The notes: generated by a model not told the origin, from the sequence alone. A stretch of DNA of 64,000 bases from an uncultured bacterium (GCA_949288485.1 CASEKC010000001.1:7070-71069); one strand, 5' to 3'. Positions 49,038-60,208 are shown, counted from the first letter of the stretch. Translations and numbers: made by a program.

Positions 49038-51635
49038 ATGAAAAAAATGAGTTCACAACAAATCAGAGATACTTGGTTAAATTTCTTTAAAGAAAGAGGA
49101 CATATGATTGAACCAGGCGCAAGCTTAATTCCTCATAATGATCCATCTTTACTTTGGATCAATGCCGGTGTTGCTGCATTAAAAAAATATTTTGACGGTA
49201 GTGAAATTCCAGAATGTAAAAGAATCACTAACGTTCAAAAATGTATTAGAACTAACGATATAGATAATGTAGGAAGAACTGCAAGACATCATACTTTTTT
49301 CGAAATGCTTGGTAATTTTTCTATTGGCGACTATTTTAGAAAAGAAATTGTTGCTTGGGCTTTTGAAATTTTAACAAGTGATAAATATTTTGGCTTACCT
49401 AAAGATAAACTTTATGTTTCATATCATCCAGATGATCTTGAAACTAGAGATTTATGGATTAAAGAAGGGTTATCAAGTGATCATTTAATTCCTTTAGAAG
49501 GAAATTTCTGGCAAATCGGCGAGGGACCTTGCGGACCAAATACTGAAGTATTTTTTGATCGTGGTGAAAAATACGATCCTGAAAATATTGGAATCGATTT
49601 ATTAAAAAACGATATGGAAAATGATCGTTATATTGAAATTTGGGGTATTGTTTTTTCTCAATTTAATGCTGTAAATGGTGTTGAAAGGAAAGATTATAAA
49701 GAATTGCCACATAAAAATATCGATACAGGTGCAGGTTTAGAAAGAATCGCATGTGTTTTACAAGAAACAGAAACAAATTTTGAAACTGATCTTTTCATGC
49801 CTTACATTGTCGAGACTCAAAAATTATGTAATAAACCATATGAAGGTGAATTCTTAATGCCTTATAGAGTTATTGCTGATCATATTAGAGCTTGTACATT
49901 TGCTTTAGCTGATGGAGAATTTTTCTCAAATGAAGGTAGAGGCTATGTTTTAAGAAGACTTTTAAGAAGAGCAATGAAATATGGACAAAAATTAGGCTTC
50001 CATGAACCATTTTTGTATAAATTAGTTCCAACAGTTATTGAAGTAATGAAAGGTTTCTATCCATATTTAATTGATAAAAAAGAATTCTTAATGAAAATTA
50101 TTAAATCTGAAGAAGAAAAATTTATTAAAACATTAAATAGCGGTGAAAATATTTTAAATGTCATGATTGAAGGCAAAAAGGAATTATCTGGCGAAGATGC
50201 TTTTAAGCTTTATGATACTTATGGCTTCCCAATCGAATTAACCGTTGAAATTTGTCAAGATAGTGGAGTTACAGTTGATTTAGATAAGTTTCATGATTGT
50301 TTAAATAAACAAAAAGAACTTGCAAGAAATTCAAGAAAAAATATTGAATCATTTAATAAACAATCTAAAGATTTATTGGAATTTTCCACCCCATCAACAT
50401 TTACTTACAATTACAATGATTTAATAAGTAAAGTCATCGGTTTATTTAAAGATGGTGTTAAAGTTAACTCAATCGAAGATGAAGGAGATGTTATTTTCGA
50501 AAATACAAATTTCTATGCTGAAATGGGAGGACAAGTTGCTGATACTGGCGTAATTGAAAATTCTAATTTCAATGCTATTGTTACAAATGTAATAAAAGCG
50601 CCAAATAAACAACATTTACACCATATTAAAGTTAAATTTGGGAAATTATCTTTAAACGATGAAGTTACATTATGTATCGATAAAGAAAGACGTTTTGCAA
50701 TTATGAAAAATCATAGTGCAACCCATCTTTTACAATCTGCATTAATTAAATATGTTGGAAGTGATGTAAAACAAAAAGGCAGCTTTGTTAATGAAGAATA
50801 CTTACGTTTCGATTTCTCTCATTTTGAAAAAATAGATCAAGTAACATTAAATAAAGTAGAAAAAGAAGTTAATAATTATATTTCAATGATGATAGAAAAT
50901 AAAACATTGGAATTACCACTCGAAGAAGCTAAAAAAACAGGTGCACTCGCTGAATTTGATGGTAAATATGGTGATTTGGTCAGAGTTGTAACTTTTGGAG
51001 ATGTTTCAAAAGAATTCTGTGGTGGTACACATGTTAAAAACACTTCAGATATTGGATTATTTGTAATTAAAAGCGAAGAAAGTATTTCAGCAGGTGTAAG
51101 AAGAATTGAAGCTACAGCTTCATTAGAAGCTTATAAATTCTTGAAACAAAGAGATGAAATTTTAGGAGAAATTAGAAATCATTTAGGTGTAAAATCAAAC
51201 AGTGAACTTTTTACAAGATTAGTTGCAATTAATAATGAAGTTACTGAATTCAAAGAATCTATTAAAAAATTAAACAAAAAAATATTTGATTCAAATGCAG
51301 ATTCTATTTCTTCATTAATTAAACCTGAAACTGAACTATCTTTTATTGTAAAACACTTTAATGATGTAAATAGAGAAGGTTTAATTCATATTTTAGATAA
51401 AATTAAGTCAAAAACTAGTAATTATTTAGTAGTAATTTCCGGCGATGAAAATGGCAAACGTCCTTTAATTGTTGGTGTTGGAAAAGATTTAATTTCTAAA
51501 GGAATTAAAGCCGGAGATATTTTAAAGAAGGTTACTCTTGTTTGCGGCGGAAAAGGCGGAGGTAAACCTGACCGTGCACAAGGTAATATTGAAAATGTTG
51601 ATAAATTAAACTTTAAAGAAGAAGATTTAAAATAA
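49038..51635 (+). CDS. alaS: Alanine--tRNA ligase
   Basis: RHHTFFEMLGNFSIGDYF, GPCGP, IDTGAGLER, HSATHLL, EFCGGTH, GVRRIEA. Confidence 0.98.
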   Translation: MKKMSSQQIRDTWLNFFKERGHMIEPGASLIPHNDPSLLWINAGVAALKKYFDGSEIPECKRITNVQKCIRTNDIDNVGRTARHHTFFEMLGNFSIGDYFRKEIVAWAFEILTSDKYFGLPKDKLYVSYHPDDLETRDLWIKEGLSSDHLIPLEGNFWQIGEGPCGPNTEVFFDRGEKYDPENIGIDLLKNDMENDRYIEIWGIVFSQFNAVNGVERKDYKELPHKNIDTGAGLERIACVLQETETNFETDLFMPYIVETQKLCNKPYEGEFLMPYRVIADHIRACTFALADGEFFSNEGRGYVLRRLLRRAMKYGQKLGFHEPFLYKLVPTVIEVMKGFYPYLIDKKEFLMKIIKSEEEKFIKTLNSGENILNVMIEGKKELSGEDAFKLYDTYGFPIELTVEICQDSGVTVDLDKFHDCLNKQKELARNSRKNIESFNKQSKDLLEFSTPSTFTYNYNDLISKVIGLFKDGVKVNSIEDEGDVIFENTNFYAEMGGQVADTGVIENSNFNAIVTNVIKAPNKQHLHHIKVKFGKLSLNDEVTLCIDKERRFAIMKNHSATHLLQSALIKYVGSDVKQKGSFVNEEYLRFDFSHFEKIDQVTLNKVEKEVNNYISMMIENKTLELPLEEAKKTGALAEFDGKYGDLVRVVTFGDVSKEFCGGTHVKNTSDIGLFVIKSEESISAGVRRIEATASLEAYKFLKQRDEILGEIRNHLGVKSNSELFTRLVAINNEVTEFKESIKKLNKKIFDSNADSISSLIKPETELSFIVKHFNDVNREGLIHILDKIKSKTSNYLVVISGDENGKRPLIVGVGKDLISKGIKAGDILKKVTLVCGGKGGGKPDRAQGNIENVDKLNFKEEDLK

Positions 51636-52058
51636 ATGGAAAAATATATTGGATTAGATTTAGGAACAACAACTTTAGGCATTGTTTATAATGATTCTTT
51701 AGGAATTATTCATAACTATGAAAATTTTACATTTGAAAAAGGAAATTATAAAAAGGCTAGAGAACATTTAGTTGATGTTGTTAAAAAACTAGATATTAAA
51801 AAAATTGTATTAGGTCTACCTTTACAAATTGATAGAAATGAAGGTGAACGCTGTAAATCCGTTAGAAGATTTGCTAATGATGTATTAAAATTAGATAATT
51901 CTATTGAATTCATTTATTTTGATGAATCTTATTCTACTTTTGAAGCTAAAGAACGACTAATCGCCTCTGGAGCAAACAAAGAAGAAGTAAAGAAAAACAT
52001 TGATATGATGAGTGCTAATATAATTTTGGAAGATTTTTTAAGGAGTCAAAATGGCTAA
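51636..52058 (+). CDS. ruvX: Holliday junction resolvase-like/pre-16S nuclease YqgF
   Basis: IGLDLGTTTLG, VLGLP, DESYST, ID..SA.IIL. Confidence 0.92.
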   Translation: MEKYIGLDLGTTTLGIVYNDSLGIIHNYENFTFEKGNYKKAREHLVDVVKKLDIKKIVLGLPLQIDRNEGERCKSVRRFANDVLKLDNSIEFIYFDESYSTFEAKERLIASGANKEEVKKNIDMMSANIILEDFLRSQNG

Positions 52059-52320
52059 AATATTAAACGAAAATGAAATTCAAATTTTTGATGAAGAAGG
52101 TAATGAATATTTATACAACATCCTTTTCACTTATGAAAATAAAGAAAGAGGAGCTGAATATGTATTCGTTTATGATCCAGCAAAACCAAGTGATGTTTAC
52201 GTTATGAAATACAATGAAAGCGGTGAACTTTTCGAAGTAACTGATGAAGAAGAACTTGAAGAAGCTGATGAAGTTTTAGGAGCATATGAAGAAGATCCTA
52301 AAATTAACGACATTAAATAA
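52051..52320 (+). CDS. DUF1292 (YrzB-like) protein
   Basis: DEEGNE..Y.ILFT, LFEVTDEEE; canonical position after ruvX. Confidence 0.85.
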   Translation: MAKILNENEIQIFDEEGNEYLYNILFTYENKERGAEYVFVYDPAKPSDVYVMKYNESGELFEVTDEEELEEADEVLGAYEEDPKINDIK

Positions 52321-52374
52321 TGGTATTTAAACTAAATTATGATAAAATATTTGAGCAAATAGCGAGGAAAATAT

Positions 52375-52857
52375 ATGGTAAATTCAAAAGATTTGATTTT
52401 AACACAAGAAGGTGTAGAAAATTTAAAAAAAGAATATAGACATCTTTTAGATGTAGAACGTCCAGCAGTTATTGAACAACTTCAAAATGCTAGAGCAATG
52501 GGTGACCTTTCAGAAAATGCTGACTACGATGCAGCAAGAAATAAACAAGCCGAAATTGAAGGACGTATTAAAGAAATTGAAGCTATTTTAGCTGATGCAA
52601 AAATTATTGCTGATAATAAAAAAGCTAAAGAAGTTAAAGTTTCTAATACAGTTACTTATAAAGATTTATCAACAGGTGAAGTTGATACTGTAAAAATTGT
52701 TTCTTCAATTGAATCTGATCCACTTTCTGATTTGAATAACAAGAAAATTTCAAACGTTTGTGCATTAGGTTCTGCTTTAATTGGCCATTTAGTTGGTGAT
52801 AAAGTCGTTGTTAAAGCTGTCAAACCATACGAAATTGAAATTCTTGAGATAAAATAA
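52375..52857 (+). CDS. greA: Transcription elongation factor GreA
   Basis: LTQEG, ARAMGDLSENADYDAAR..Q..IEGRI. Confidence 0.97.
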   Translation: MVNSKDLILTQEGVENLKKEYRHLLDVERPAVIEQLQNARAMGDLSENADYDAARNKQAEIEGRIKEIEAILADAKIIADNKKAKEVKVSNTVTYKDLSTGEVDTVKIVSSIESDPLSDLNNKKISNVCALGSALIGHLVGDKVVVKAVKPYEIEILEIK

Positions 52858-52874
52858 TTAAAAAAAGTGAATAT

Positions 52875-52917
52875 AAAACCTCCTTTATAGCATTCTTGTA
52901 TATAAAGGAGGTTTTTT
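52875..52917 (+). terminator. Terminator after greA whose 3' arm contains the comEA RBS
   Basis: AAAACCTCCTTTATA-N11-TATAAAGGAGGTTTT plus T-run. Confidence 0.75.
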
Positions 52918-52919
52918 AT

Positions 52920-53471
52920 ATGGTAATAAAGATTATTTTAGGAGCGTTAGTTGTTACTGTTATCGGCATTGTAGTTTTTAAAGCTATTGATCCAAATTTA
53001 AATAATGGAGGAAATACTGATTCAGGATTAATTGATGATGGTATCGAAGAAGAATCAAAAATCTCTGTTGGAATTAGCGGCGAAATAACTAGAGCTGGAA
53101 ATTATGTATTAGATGAAGGCGCTACAATGGCTCAATTAATCGAAACAGCCGGAGGAGTAACTACAAACGCTGATGAAAGATGTTATTTTTTTGAAGCTGT
53201 TTTAACTGAAAATGAATCATATTATATTCCACCAAAATTTGAAATTGATGATGTTTGTGGCAATAATCCAATCGAAAAAATAAATATTAATACTGCATCG
53301 CAAGCTGAATTAATGGATATTACAGGTGTCGGTTCAACAATTAGTCAAAAAATAGTTTCATACCGCGATGAAAATGGAATATTTTATACGCTCGAAGCAT
53401 TAAAAAATGTTTCTGGTGTTGGAAATGCAACTTTTTCTAAGATGAAAAACGAAATTATTTTGAAGGATTAA
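52920..53471 (+). CDS. comEA: Competence DNA receptor ComEA
   Basis: N-terminal TM, SLBB-like domain, KININTAS..EL..ITGVG HhH; ATG at 52920 after AAGGAGG. Confidence 0.9.
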   Translation: MVIKIILGALVVTVIGIVVFKAIDPNLNNGGNTDSGLIDDGIEEESKISVGISGEITRAGNYVLDEGATMAQLIETAGGVTTNADERCYFFEAVLTENESYYIPPKFEIDDVCGNNPIEKININTASQAELMDITGVGSTISQKIVSYRDENGIFYTLEALKNVSGVGNATFSKMKNEIILKD

Positions 53472-53472
53472 A

Positions 53473-55497
53473 ATGATCTTTTTAACGGTTTTTCTTTCTT
53501 TATTATCATCCGCTTTGATATATAACGGGTCTTTTGTTTATGGTCTAGTATTTTTAATAATAAATATTTTCCTATTAATTAAAGAAAAAAATAAAAAAAT
53601 ATTTTATTTTTCGTTAGTTATTTTTATTGGGTTTATATTATTTTTATTGATCAAATCATTTTTAAATAATATAAATCTTAATTATTTCTTAGTATTAGAA
53701 AGAAAAGAAAGTTATGCTGTTATTTTTAATGGTTTTAAATCTTTTTATTTAAATATAGAAGATAATTCAACATTAGACTCTTTTGATATAATCAAAATTG
53801 AAAAACCGTTATTAGAAAAATTAGATTTTAATGTTTTAGAATCCGGTTTTGATTTTAAGTCATATTTATTTTCAAAAAGTGTTGATTATCAAATTTCCTA
53901 TGAAAAGATAGAGGTAGTTTTTAACTTTCCTTTATCTTTTTATTTTATGAAAAAGAATTTTTTAGATGGCATAAAAAATCCCATATATCAAAATTTTCTA
54001 AGTGGAATTTTGTTTTCAACAATGAATTATGATTTAAAGGAAACATTTTTAGTTAAAGATCTTCAAATTATCACTTTATTTTCACAAACCGGAATATATT
54101 TAAACTTTATTTTATATGGATTAAAAAAGATATTCGAACTTAAATTTGATGAAAAAAGAGCTTATATTTATTCATTTTTATTATTTTTACCATTTTTATT
54201 TATAAATATAATTCGATTTACAACAATTAAAGTAATTACGTTTTATATTTTTAATTTTATTAATAAATTTTATTTTAATAAAAAATTTAATAGAGTCGAG
54301 ATAATTTCTCTTGTTGGTTCATTTTTTATTGTGATTAGTAGTAGAATAATTTTCCAAGCAGGATTTTATATATCTTTTTTAATTTATTTTTATCTTTATT
54401 TAACATCTTCAAAATTTTATGAATTTAAGCCTATAGAAAAAAAGTTTGCAACTCAAATATTATTAACGTTAATAATTATCCCTTTTAATATTTCATTTAA
54501 TAATTCTTTTAATTTTCTATCAATAATTTTCATGATGATTTTATTACCTTTTAGTAAAGTAATGTTTATCATTTCTTTATTAACTTTTCTATTTTTACCA
54601 AGCGAAATAATAGAATGGTTAATAGATATAAATTATCGAATTATTTATTCATTCGATTCTTTAAAAATTAATATTTTTGTACCTAAATTTAATGAATTAA
54701 CAATGATAATTTATTATTTATTATTAAGTCTATTTCTTTATTTTTTCGAGATTAATTATAAAAAAAGATATGAGCAAATAGCATTGGTTTTTCTATTTTC
54801 CGTATCTATATATATTCTTCCAATAGAAAATAGTTTCTCATATCAAGTCAGTTTTATTAATGTTGGGCAAGGAGATTCGACATTAATAAGAGATAGAAAT
54901 AAAACATACTTAATTGATACTGGTGGATTGACTTATACAGATCTTGCAACGAATAATTTGATACCGTTTTTAAAGAAAAATAGAATTTATTCTCTCGATG
55001 CAGTTATTATAACTCACTATGATTTTGACCATTATGGAGCGTTAGAATCATTAAAAGAAAATTTTAATATTAAAGATATTTATGATTATAATAATTTTGA
55101 TAATTTTAAAGAAAAAAACGATTTGAATATTAAAAATTTAAATGATTATTATGATGTTTGGACTGATGAAAACGATAGATCGCTTGTTTTATATTTAAAT
55201 TTGAATGAGGAATATTTTTTATTTATGGGAGATGCTTCAAAAACTATTGAAAAAAAGATAATCGATGAATATAAATCTTTAACTGTAGATTATTTAAAAG
55301 TTTCACATCATGGATCGTCTTCAGCATCATCTTTAGATTTTTTAAAATTTATAAATCCAAAAGAAGCTATCATTTCAGCTGGAAAAAATAATTTTTACAG
55401 ACATCCTAATAAAGAAGTTTTAGATAATTTAAATAAGTGTAATATTAAAATTAGAAGAACTGACTTAGAAGGTACAATCACATATAAATTTATTTAA
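53473..55497 (+). CDS. comEC: Competence channel ComEC/Rec2
   Basis: Multi-TM region, FINVGQGDS, IDTGG, THYDFDH, FMGD, KVSHHGS, HP, RTDLEG. Confidence 0.9.
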   Translation: MIFLTVFLSLLSSALIYNGSFVYGLVFLIINIFLLIKEKNKKIFYFSLVIFIGFILFLLIKSFLNNINLNYFLVLERKESYAVIFNGFKSFYLNIEDNSTLDSFDIIKIEKPLLEKLDFNVLESGFDFKSYLFSKSVDYQISYEKIEVVFNFPLSFYFMKKNFLDGIKNPIYQNFLSGILFSTMNYDLKETFLVKDLQIITLFSQTGIYLNFILYGLKKIFELKFDEKRAYIYSFLLFLPFLFINIIRFTTIKVITFYIFNFINKFYFNKKFNRVEIISLVGSFFIVISSRIIFQAGFYISFLIYFYLYLTSSKFYEFKPIEKKFATQILLTLIIIPFNISFNNSFNFLSIIFMMILLPFSKVMFIISLLTFLFLPSEIIEWLIDINYRIIYSFDSLKINIFVPKFNELTMIIYYLLLSLFLYFFEINYKKRYEQIALVFLFSVSIYILPIENSFSYQVSFINVGQGDSTLIRDRNKTYLIDTGGLTYTDLATNNLIPFLKKNRIYSLDAVIITHYDFDHYGALESLKENFNIKDIYDYNNFDNFKEKNDLNIKNLNDYYDVWTDENDRSLVLYLNLNEEYFLFMGDASKTIEKKIIDEYKSLTVDYLKVSHHGSSSASSLDFLKFINPKEAIISAGKNNFYRHPNKEVLDNLNKCNIKIRRTDLEGTITYKFI

Positions 55498-55520
55498 CTT
55501 TATAGTAAAATATTTTTATT

Positions 55521-56483
55521 ATGAATTATATTTTATTTGGCAGTGAAGAATTTTTAATTAATCAAAGAGTCAAGAAGATGATTAAATCTTTTTTTGATAA
55601 TGAAGAGCCAAATATTTTTAGAAGCGATTATTTAGAAGTTGGTGTTGATGAATGTAATTCCTCATTAGAAGAAGTTGGTTTAGGATTTTTTTCAAAGAAA
55701 GTAGTTATTTTAGATAATGCCGATTTTTTATCTGTTGATAAAGAACGTAAAAAAGTCGAAGGGTATAAATTAGAAAAATTAATTAATAATTTAAATGCTA
55801 ATGATGAAGAAATATTAATGATCTTTATCACAAAGAAAGATAGTTTACTAAAAAGAAGTGAAGTAGTTAAATTAATTGAAAAAATCGGTAAAATATATTC
55901 TTTTCCTGCTATTAAAAAGAATGACTTTTTATCTTATATTAGGAAATATTTTGAAATGAATGGTTTTGAAATAGATGATATTGCTCTTAAATTGATTTCT
56001 GAAAATGTCGGGACTGATTTATATCTTTTTTCAAATGAAGCAAAAAAATTAATGTTTTATTCAAGTGATAAAGTTATAGATAGAAAAGATGTGGAAGATA
56101 TTTGCTCAATTAATATTTCTGATAATGTTTTTGAACTTTCAAATGCTATATTATCTAGAAACTTTGAAAAAATTTTTAAGATTTATAATGATTTAATTAT
56201 TCGAAATATTGAACCTATAACTTTAATTTCTTTTTTGTGCACGAACTTTATTTTTTATGATGAAATATTATTTTTGGCAAAATCTGGAAGAAGTAATGAA
56301 GAAATTGCATCTATGTTAAGTGCAAATCCTTATCGTGTACAAATTTCCCTAAAAAACTTGAAAAATTATAATACTAATAAAATTGCTAAAATTTTAAATG
56401 ATTTATTTAAATTAGATAAAGATATTAAATTAGGAAATGTTGATCGCTTTTTTGCTTTCGAAATGTTTTTAACTTCTTTATAA
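55521..56483 (+). CDS. holA: DNA polymerase III delta subunit
   Basis: YILFGSEEFL, NEAKKL, NVFEL, D.DIKLG; canonical comEC-holA-rpsT order. Confidence 0.9.
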   Translation: MNYILFGSEEFLINQRVKKMIKSFFDNEEPNIFRSDYLEVGVDECNSSLEEVGLGFFSKKVVILDNADFLSVDKERKKVEGYKLEKLINNLNANDEEILMIFITKKDSLLKRSEVVKLIEKIGKIYSFPAIKKNDFLSYIRKYFEMNGFEIDDIALKLISENVGTDLYLFSNEAKKLMFYSSDKVIDRKDVEDICSINISDNVFELSNAILSRNFEKIFKIYNDLIIRNIEPITLISFLCTNFIFYDEILFLAKSGRSNEEIASMLSANPYRVQISLKNLKNYNTNKIAKILNDLFKLDKDIKLGNVDRFFAFEMFLTSL

Positions 56484-56489
56484 AATAAA

Positions 56490-56517
56490 AAATAAGTACC
56501 CATTTTGGTACTTATTT
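56490..56517. terminator. Bidirectional terminator between holA and rpsT
   Basis: AAATAAGTACC-N6-GGTACTTATTT. Confidence 0.7.
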
Positions 56518-56775
56518 AATTGAATTAACTAGATTTTGTAATGAACTCTTTTCTCTAGCAGCAGTTTTTGTATGGACAATACCTTTAACAACTGCTCTAT
56601 CAATAATAGAAACTGCTTTATTTAAAGCTAAAGTAGCTTTTTCAACGTCTTTACTTTCACAAGCGACTCTAACAGCTTTCATTGCGGTTCTTAATTTTGA
56701 TTTGTAAGAGATATTTCTTAATCTAGCTTTTTCGTTAGTTTTATTTCTTTTGATTTGTGATTTGATATTTGCCAT
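56512..56775 (-). CDS. rpsT: 30S ribosomal protein S20
   Basis: MANIKSQIKR, KGIVH..TAAR.KS. Confidence 0.98.
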   Translation of the reverse strand: MANIKSQIKRNKTNEKARLRNISYKSKLRTAMKAVRVACESKDVEKATLALNKAVSIIDRAVVKGIVHTKTAAREKSSLQNLVNSIK

Positions 56776-56902
56776 AAATATACCTCAATTAATATCGCTT
56801 AAAAATGATACCAAAACTTTTATATAAAATCAACGCAAATTAATTACTTTTTTATCGAAAAATTGCTAAAATATTAAACAGTTATTGAGGAAGGAGAGAA
56901 CG

Positions 56903-57850
56903 ATGATAAGTAGAAAAGAAATTAGAATTTTATTTTTTGGAACTCCTGAAATTAGTGCTTATTTATTAGAAAAATTACTTGAAAATGGATATAACATTGT
57001 AGGTTTAGTAGCTCAAGAAGATAAACCTATAGGAAGGAAAGGTATAATTGAACCTGTTCCTACAAAAAAAGTTGCTTTAAAGTTTAATATTCCTGTTTTT
57101 CAATATAAGAAAATAAGTGAACATGTAAATGAAATAAAAGCCATCAATCCAGATTTAATTTTAACATTAGCTTTTGGTCAAATTGTCTCTCATGATATTT
57201 TGATGATTCCTAAATATGGTTGTTTAAATTTACATGGTTCTATATTACCAAAATATCGTGGAGCAGCTCCAATTCAATATTCTTTATTAAACGGAGATAG
57301 AGAAACCGGAATTTCTTTAATGGAAATGGTCGATAAAATGGATGCTGGAAAAGTTTATGCTATTGAAAGAGTTAAAATTGATGATGAAGATAATTTTACA
57401 AGTTTGGTCGAAAAATTAAAGATAGCTTCTTTTGATTGTATCGAAAAATATTTGGACGGATATTTAAATGGTGAATTAAAAGGAAATGAACAAGATGAAA
57501 ATCTTGTGACTTATACAAAGAAAATAAAAGAAGAAGATGAAATCATTGATTTTAATAATGAAGCTAAATCTGTTTTTAATAAAATTAGAGCTTTATCTAT
57601 GAATCCAGGCGCTCATTTTATTTTTAATAATGTTAAATTTAAGATTTTCAAATGTAATATCATTAATGATAATTCTCCCAAAGAAAGCGGAACAATTTTA
57701 TCTTATGATAAGAAGAACTTTATAATTAAGTGCGGTAAAGATGCTTTAAAAATTGAGCAAATTCAAAAACAAGGAAAGAAGATAATGAATTACTCTGATT
57801 TTTATAATGGAAATTCAAAAGAATTTAAAATTGGTGATTTAATTAAATAA
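56903..57850 (+). CDS. fmt: Methionyl-tRNA formyltransferase
   Basis: FFGTPE, AFGQI, NLHGSILPKYRGAAPIQ, MDAG; ATG at 56903 follows AAGGAG. Confidence 0.96.
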   Translation: MISRKEIRILFFGTPEISAYLLEKLLENGYNIVGLVAQEDKPIGRKGIIEPVPTKKVALKFNIPVFQYKKISEHVNEIKAINPDLILTLAFGQIVSHDILMIPKYGCLNLHGSILPKYRGAAPIQYSLLNGDRETGISLMEMVDKMDAGKVYAIERVKIDDEDNFTSLVEKLKIASFDCIEKYLDGYLNGELKGNEQDENLVTYTKKIKEEDEIIDFNNEAKSVFNKIRALSMNPGAHFIFNNVKFKIFKCNIINDNSPKESGTILSYDKKNFIIKCGKDALKIEQIQKQGKKIMNYSDFYNGNSKEFKIGDLIK

Positions 57851-60208
57851 ATGATTAAAATTGAACTTAGTGTACACGATTTAGTCGATTTTATTTTAAG
57901 AACCGGAAACTTTGATTCCCGTGTTTTTAATATTACGACAATGCAAGAGGGTAGTAAAATTCATAGGTCCTATCAATCTTTGCAAGGGGAAAAATACATT
58001 CCTGAATATTTTTTGAAATATGACTTTCAATATGAAAAATATATATATTCAATAAGCGGAAGATGTGATGGAGTTATTATTGGTGAAAATAATGAGATAA
58101 CTATCGATGAGATTAAATCTACGAATATTTCTCTTAATACATTTTTTAAACAAAATAAAAAATGGCATTTAGGTCAAGCCGAGGTTTATGCCTTAATGTA
58201 TTGTCTAAATGAAGAAATTTCTAATATAAATGTTCGATTAACTTATATTTCTCAACAAGATGGAACCATTCTGATTAATAACTATAAATATACTAAAAAA
58301 AGACTTTTAACAAAGGTTTTTGGCTATTTAAAAAAATATTCGCAGTTTTTGAATTGTCAAAAATCTTTTGAAGAGATAAAAATGTCTTCTTTGAAAAATA
58401 TGGAATTTCCATTTCCATTTTTTAGAAACGGACAAAAAGAAATGATTGATTTGACTTATGAATGTGTTAAAAATAAAGAAATTTACTTTTTTCAAGCGAG
58501 CACAGGCATAGGTAAAACTATTTCATTATTATTCGGTGCTTTAAAAGGATTAAGAGATGATAAATGTAAGAAAATTTTCTATTTAAGCGCGAAAAATAGT
58601 GGTTTTAATTCTATTATCAATGCAATACGATTAATTTATAATAAAGGTGTTCATTTAAAATCTATTCAAATTACATCAAGAGAAAAAATTTGTACCAATA
58701 AAAATCCTAATAAGAGATGTAACCCAGATGATTGTCCTTTTGCAAAAGATTACTATTCAAAGTTATTTGAAATAATTCTTTATTGTTTAAAAAACTATGA
58801 TATATTCGATAAAAATACAATTTTAGAAATCGCAGATAAGTTTAATGTTTGTCCATTTGAATTATCTCTCGACCTTTCTTTAAGATGTGATTTTATAATT
58901 TGTGATTACAATTATTTATATGATCCTTCAGTTTATCTGCGTAGATTTTTTGATGAACAAAACAACACAAATGATAGTTTCATTTTGGTAGATGAAGCAC
59001 ATAATTTGATAGATCGTTCAAGAAGTATGTATTCAGCTTCAATTTCTACAAAAGAAATTAAAGATTCAATGGAAGAACTTAAGAAATTAAAATCTAAAAA
59101 ATTATTTCATAATTTATTAGAAATTCTTGAAAATATTGAAAAATATACGATTAATTTTGAAAATTCTAATGTTTTTACTATTGAGGAAATTGATGAAAAT
59201 CTAATTTCTTTAATTGTAAAATTTAAAAATAATTATTTATCGTTTAAAAAGAAAGATTATTTAACAAAAACTATTTCAAGTGATGATTTATCTTTAAAAT
59301 TTAATTCTTTTTTAACAATTTTAGATTTTTACAATCCAAACAATTTTAAAATTAATGTTTATAAGATAGATGATAACGTTCAAATTTCAATAAACTGTTT
59401 AGATGCTTCGCCATATATAAAAGCTATTTCAGATAAACAAGTTTCAACCATATTTTTTAGTGCAACTTTATCACCAATAGAATATTATGAAAAACTTTTA
59501 CTTGGAGAAGAAAATTTTAAACATTTTTCATGGGAATCTCCTTTTGAAAATGAAAATTTACTAGTATTAGTAAAAAATGATATTTCAATAAAATATAAAG
59601 ATAGAGATCTGACAATGGCTAATGTTTTATATGACATATATCAATTTATAAATGTAAAGCTTGGAAATTACATTATTTTTTCCCCATCTTTTGAATATTT
59701 AAATAAATTAAAAGAACTAGTTTTAAAATCCTCATTATTTAATGAATTTTCTATCTTTTTTCAAGAAAAAAATATGAAACAAGAAGACAAAGATTCTTTT
59801 TTAGATAATTTTGTTGAAAATCCAAGTAAAACAACTTTAGCTTTTTGTGTAAACGGTGGAAGCTTTTCAGAAGGTATTGATCTTGTTGAATCAAGATTAA
59901 TCGGTGTTGTTATTATAGGAGTAGGTTTACCTTCAATTTCATATGAAAACACTCAATTAAGTGATTATTTCAATAATAATGATTTAAATGGTTTTGAATT
60001 TACTTTTGTAAATCCAGGAATTAATAAAATTATGCAATCTGTTGGTCGAGTTATAAGAAGTGAAAAAGATAGAGGAATTGCCCTATTGATTGATAAAAGA
60101 TACTCTTATAAAAATTATCGATTTTTATTTCAAGATGTATGGAAAAATTCAAAATTCATTAAATCATCGGAAGATATTGCAAAAGAAGTTGAATATTTTT
60201 ATAAATAA
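57851..60208 (+). CDS. DinG/XPD-like Fe-S helicase with N-terminal PD-(D/E)XK nuclease domain
   Basis: G..IH, GRCDG..IDEIKS; ASTGIGKT, Cys cluster, DEAHNL, SATL, FSEGID, QSVGRVIR. Confidence 0.9.
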   Translation: MIKIELSVHDLVDFILRTGNFDSRVFNITTMQEGSKIHRSYQSLQGEKYIPEYFLKYDFQYEKYIYSISGRCDGVIIGENNEITIDEIKSTNISLNTFFKQNKKWHLGQAEVYALMYCLNEEISNINVRLTYISQQDGTILINNYKYTKKRLLTKVFGYLKKYSQFLNCQKSFEEIKMSSLKNMEFPFPFFRNGQKEMIDLTYECVKNKEIYFFQASTGIGKTISLLFGALKGLRDDKCKKIFYLSAKNSGFNSIINAIRLIYNKGVHLKSIQITSREKICTNKNPNKRCNPDDCPFAKDYYSKLFEIILYCLKNYDIFDKNTILEIADKFNVCPFELSLDLSLRCDFIICDYNYLYDPSVYLRRFFDEQNNTNDSFILVDEAHNLIDRSRSMYSASISTKEIKDSMEELKKLKSKKLFHNLLEILENIEKYTINFENSNVFTIEEIDENLISLIVKFKNNYLSFKKKDYLTKTISSDDLSLKFNSFLTILDFYNPNNFKINVYKIDDNVQISINCLDASPYIKAISDKQVSTIFFSATLSPIEYYEKLLLGEENFKHFSWESPFENENLLVLVKNDISIKYKDRDLTMANVLYDIYQFINVKLGNYIIFSPSFEYLNKLKELVLKSSLFNEFSIFFQEKNMKQEDKDSFLDNFVENPSKTTLAFCVNGGSFSEGIDLVESRLIGVVIIGVGLPSISYENTQLSDYFNNNDLNGFEFTFVNPGINKIMQSVGRVIRSEKDRGIALLIDKRYSYKNYRFLFQDVWKNSKFIKSSEDIAKEVEYFYK

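Noticed and set aside
57851..58400. Cas4/CRISPR association of the helicase N-terminal nuclease domain
   Set aside because: Nuclease-DinG fusions are a common housekeeping architecture in Bacillota; the context is fmt-lepA with no array.
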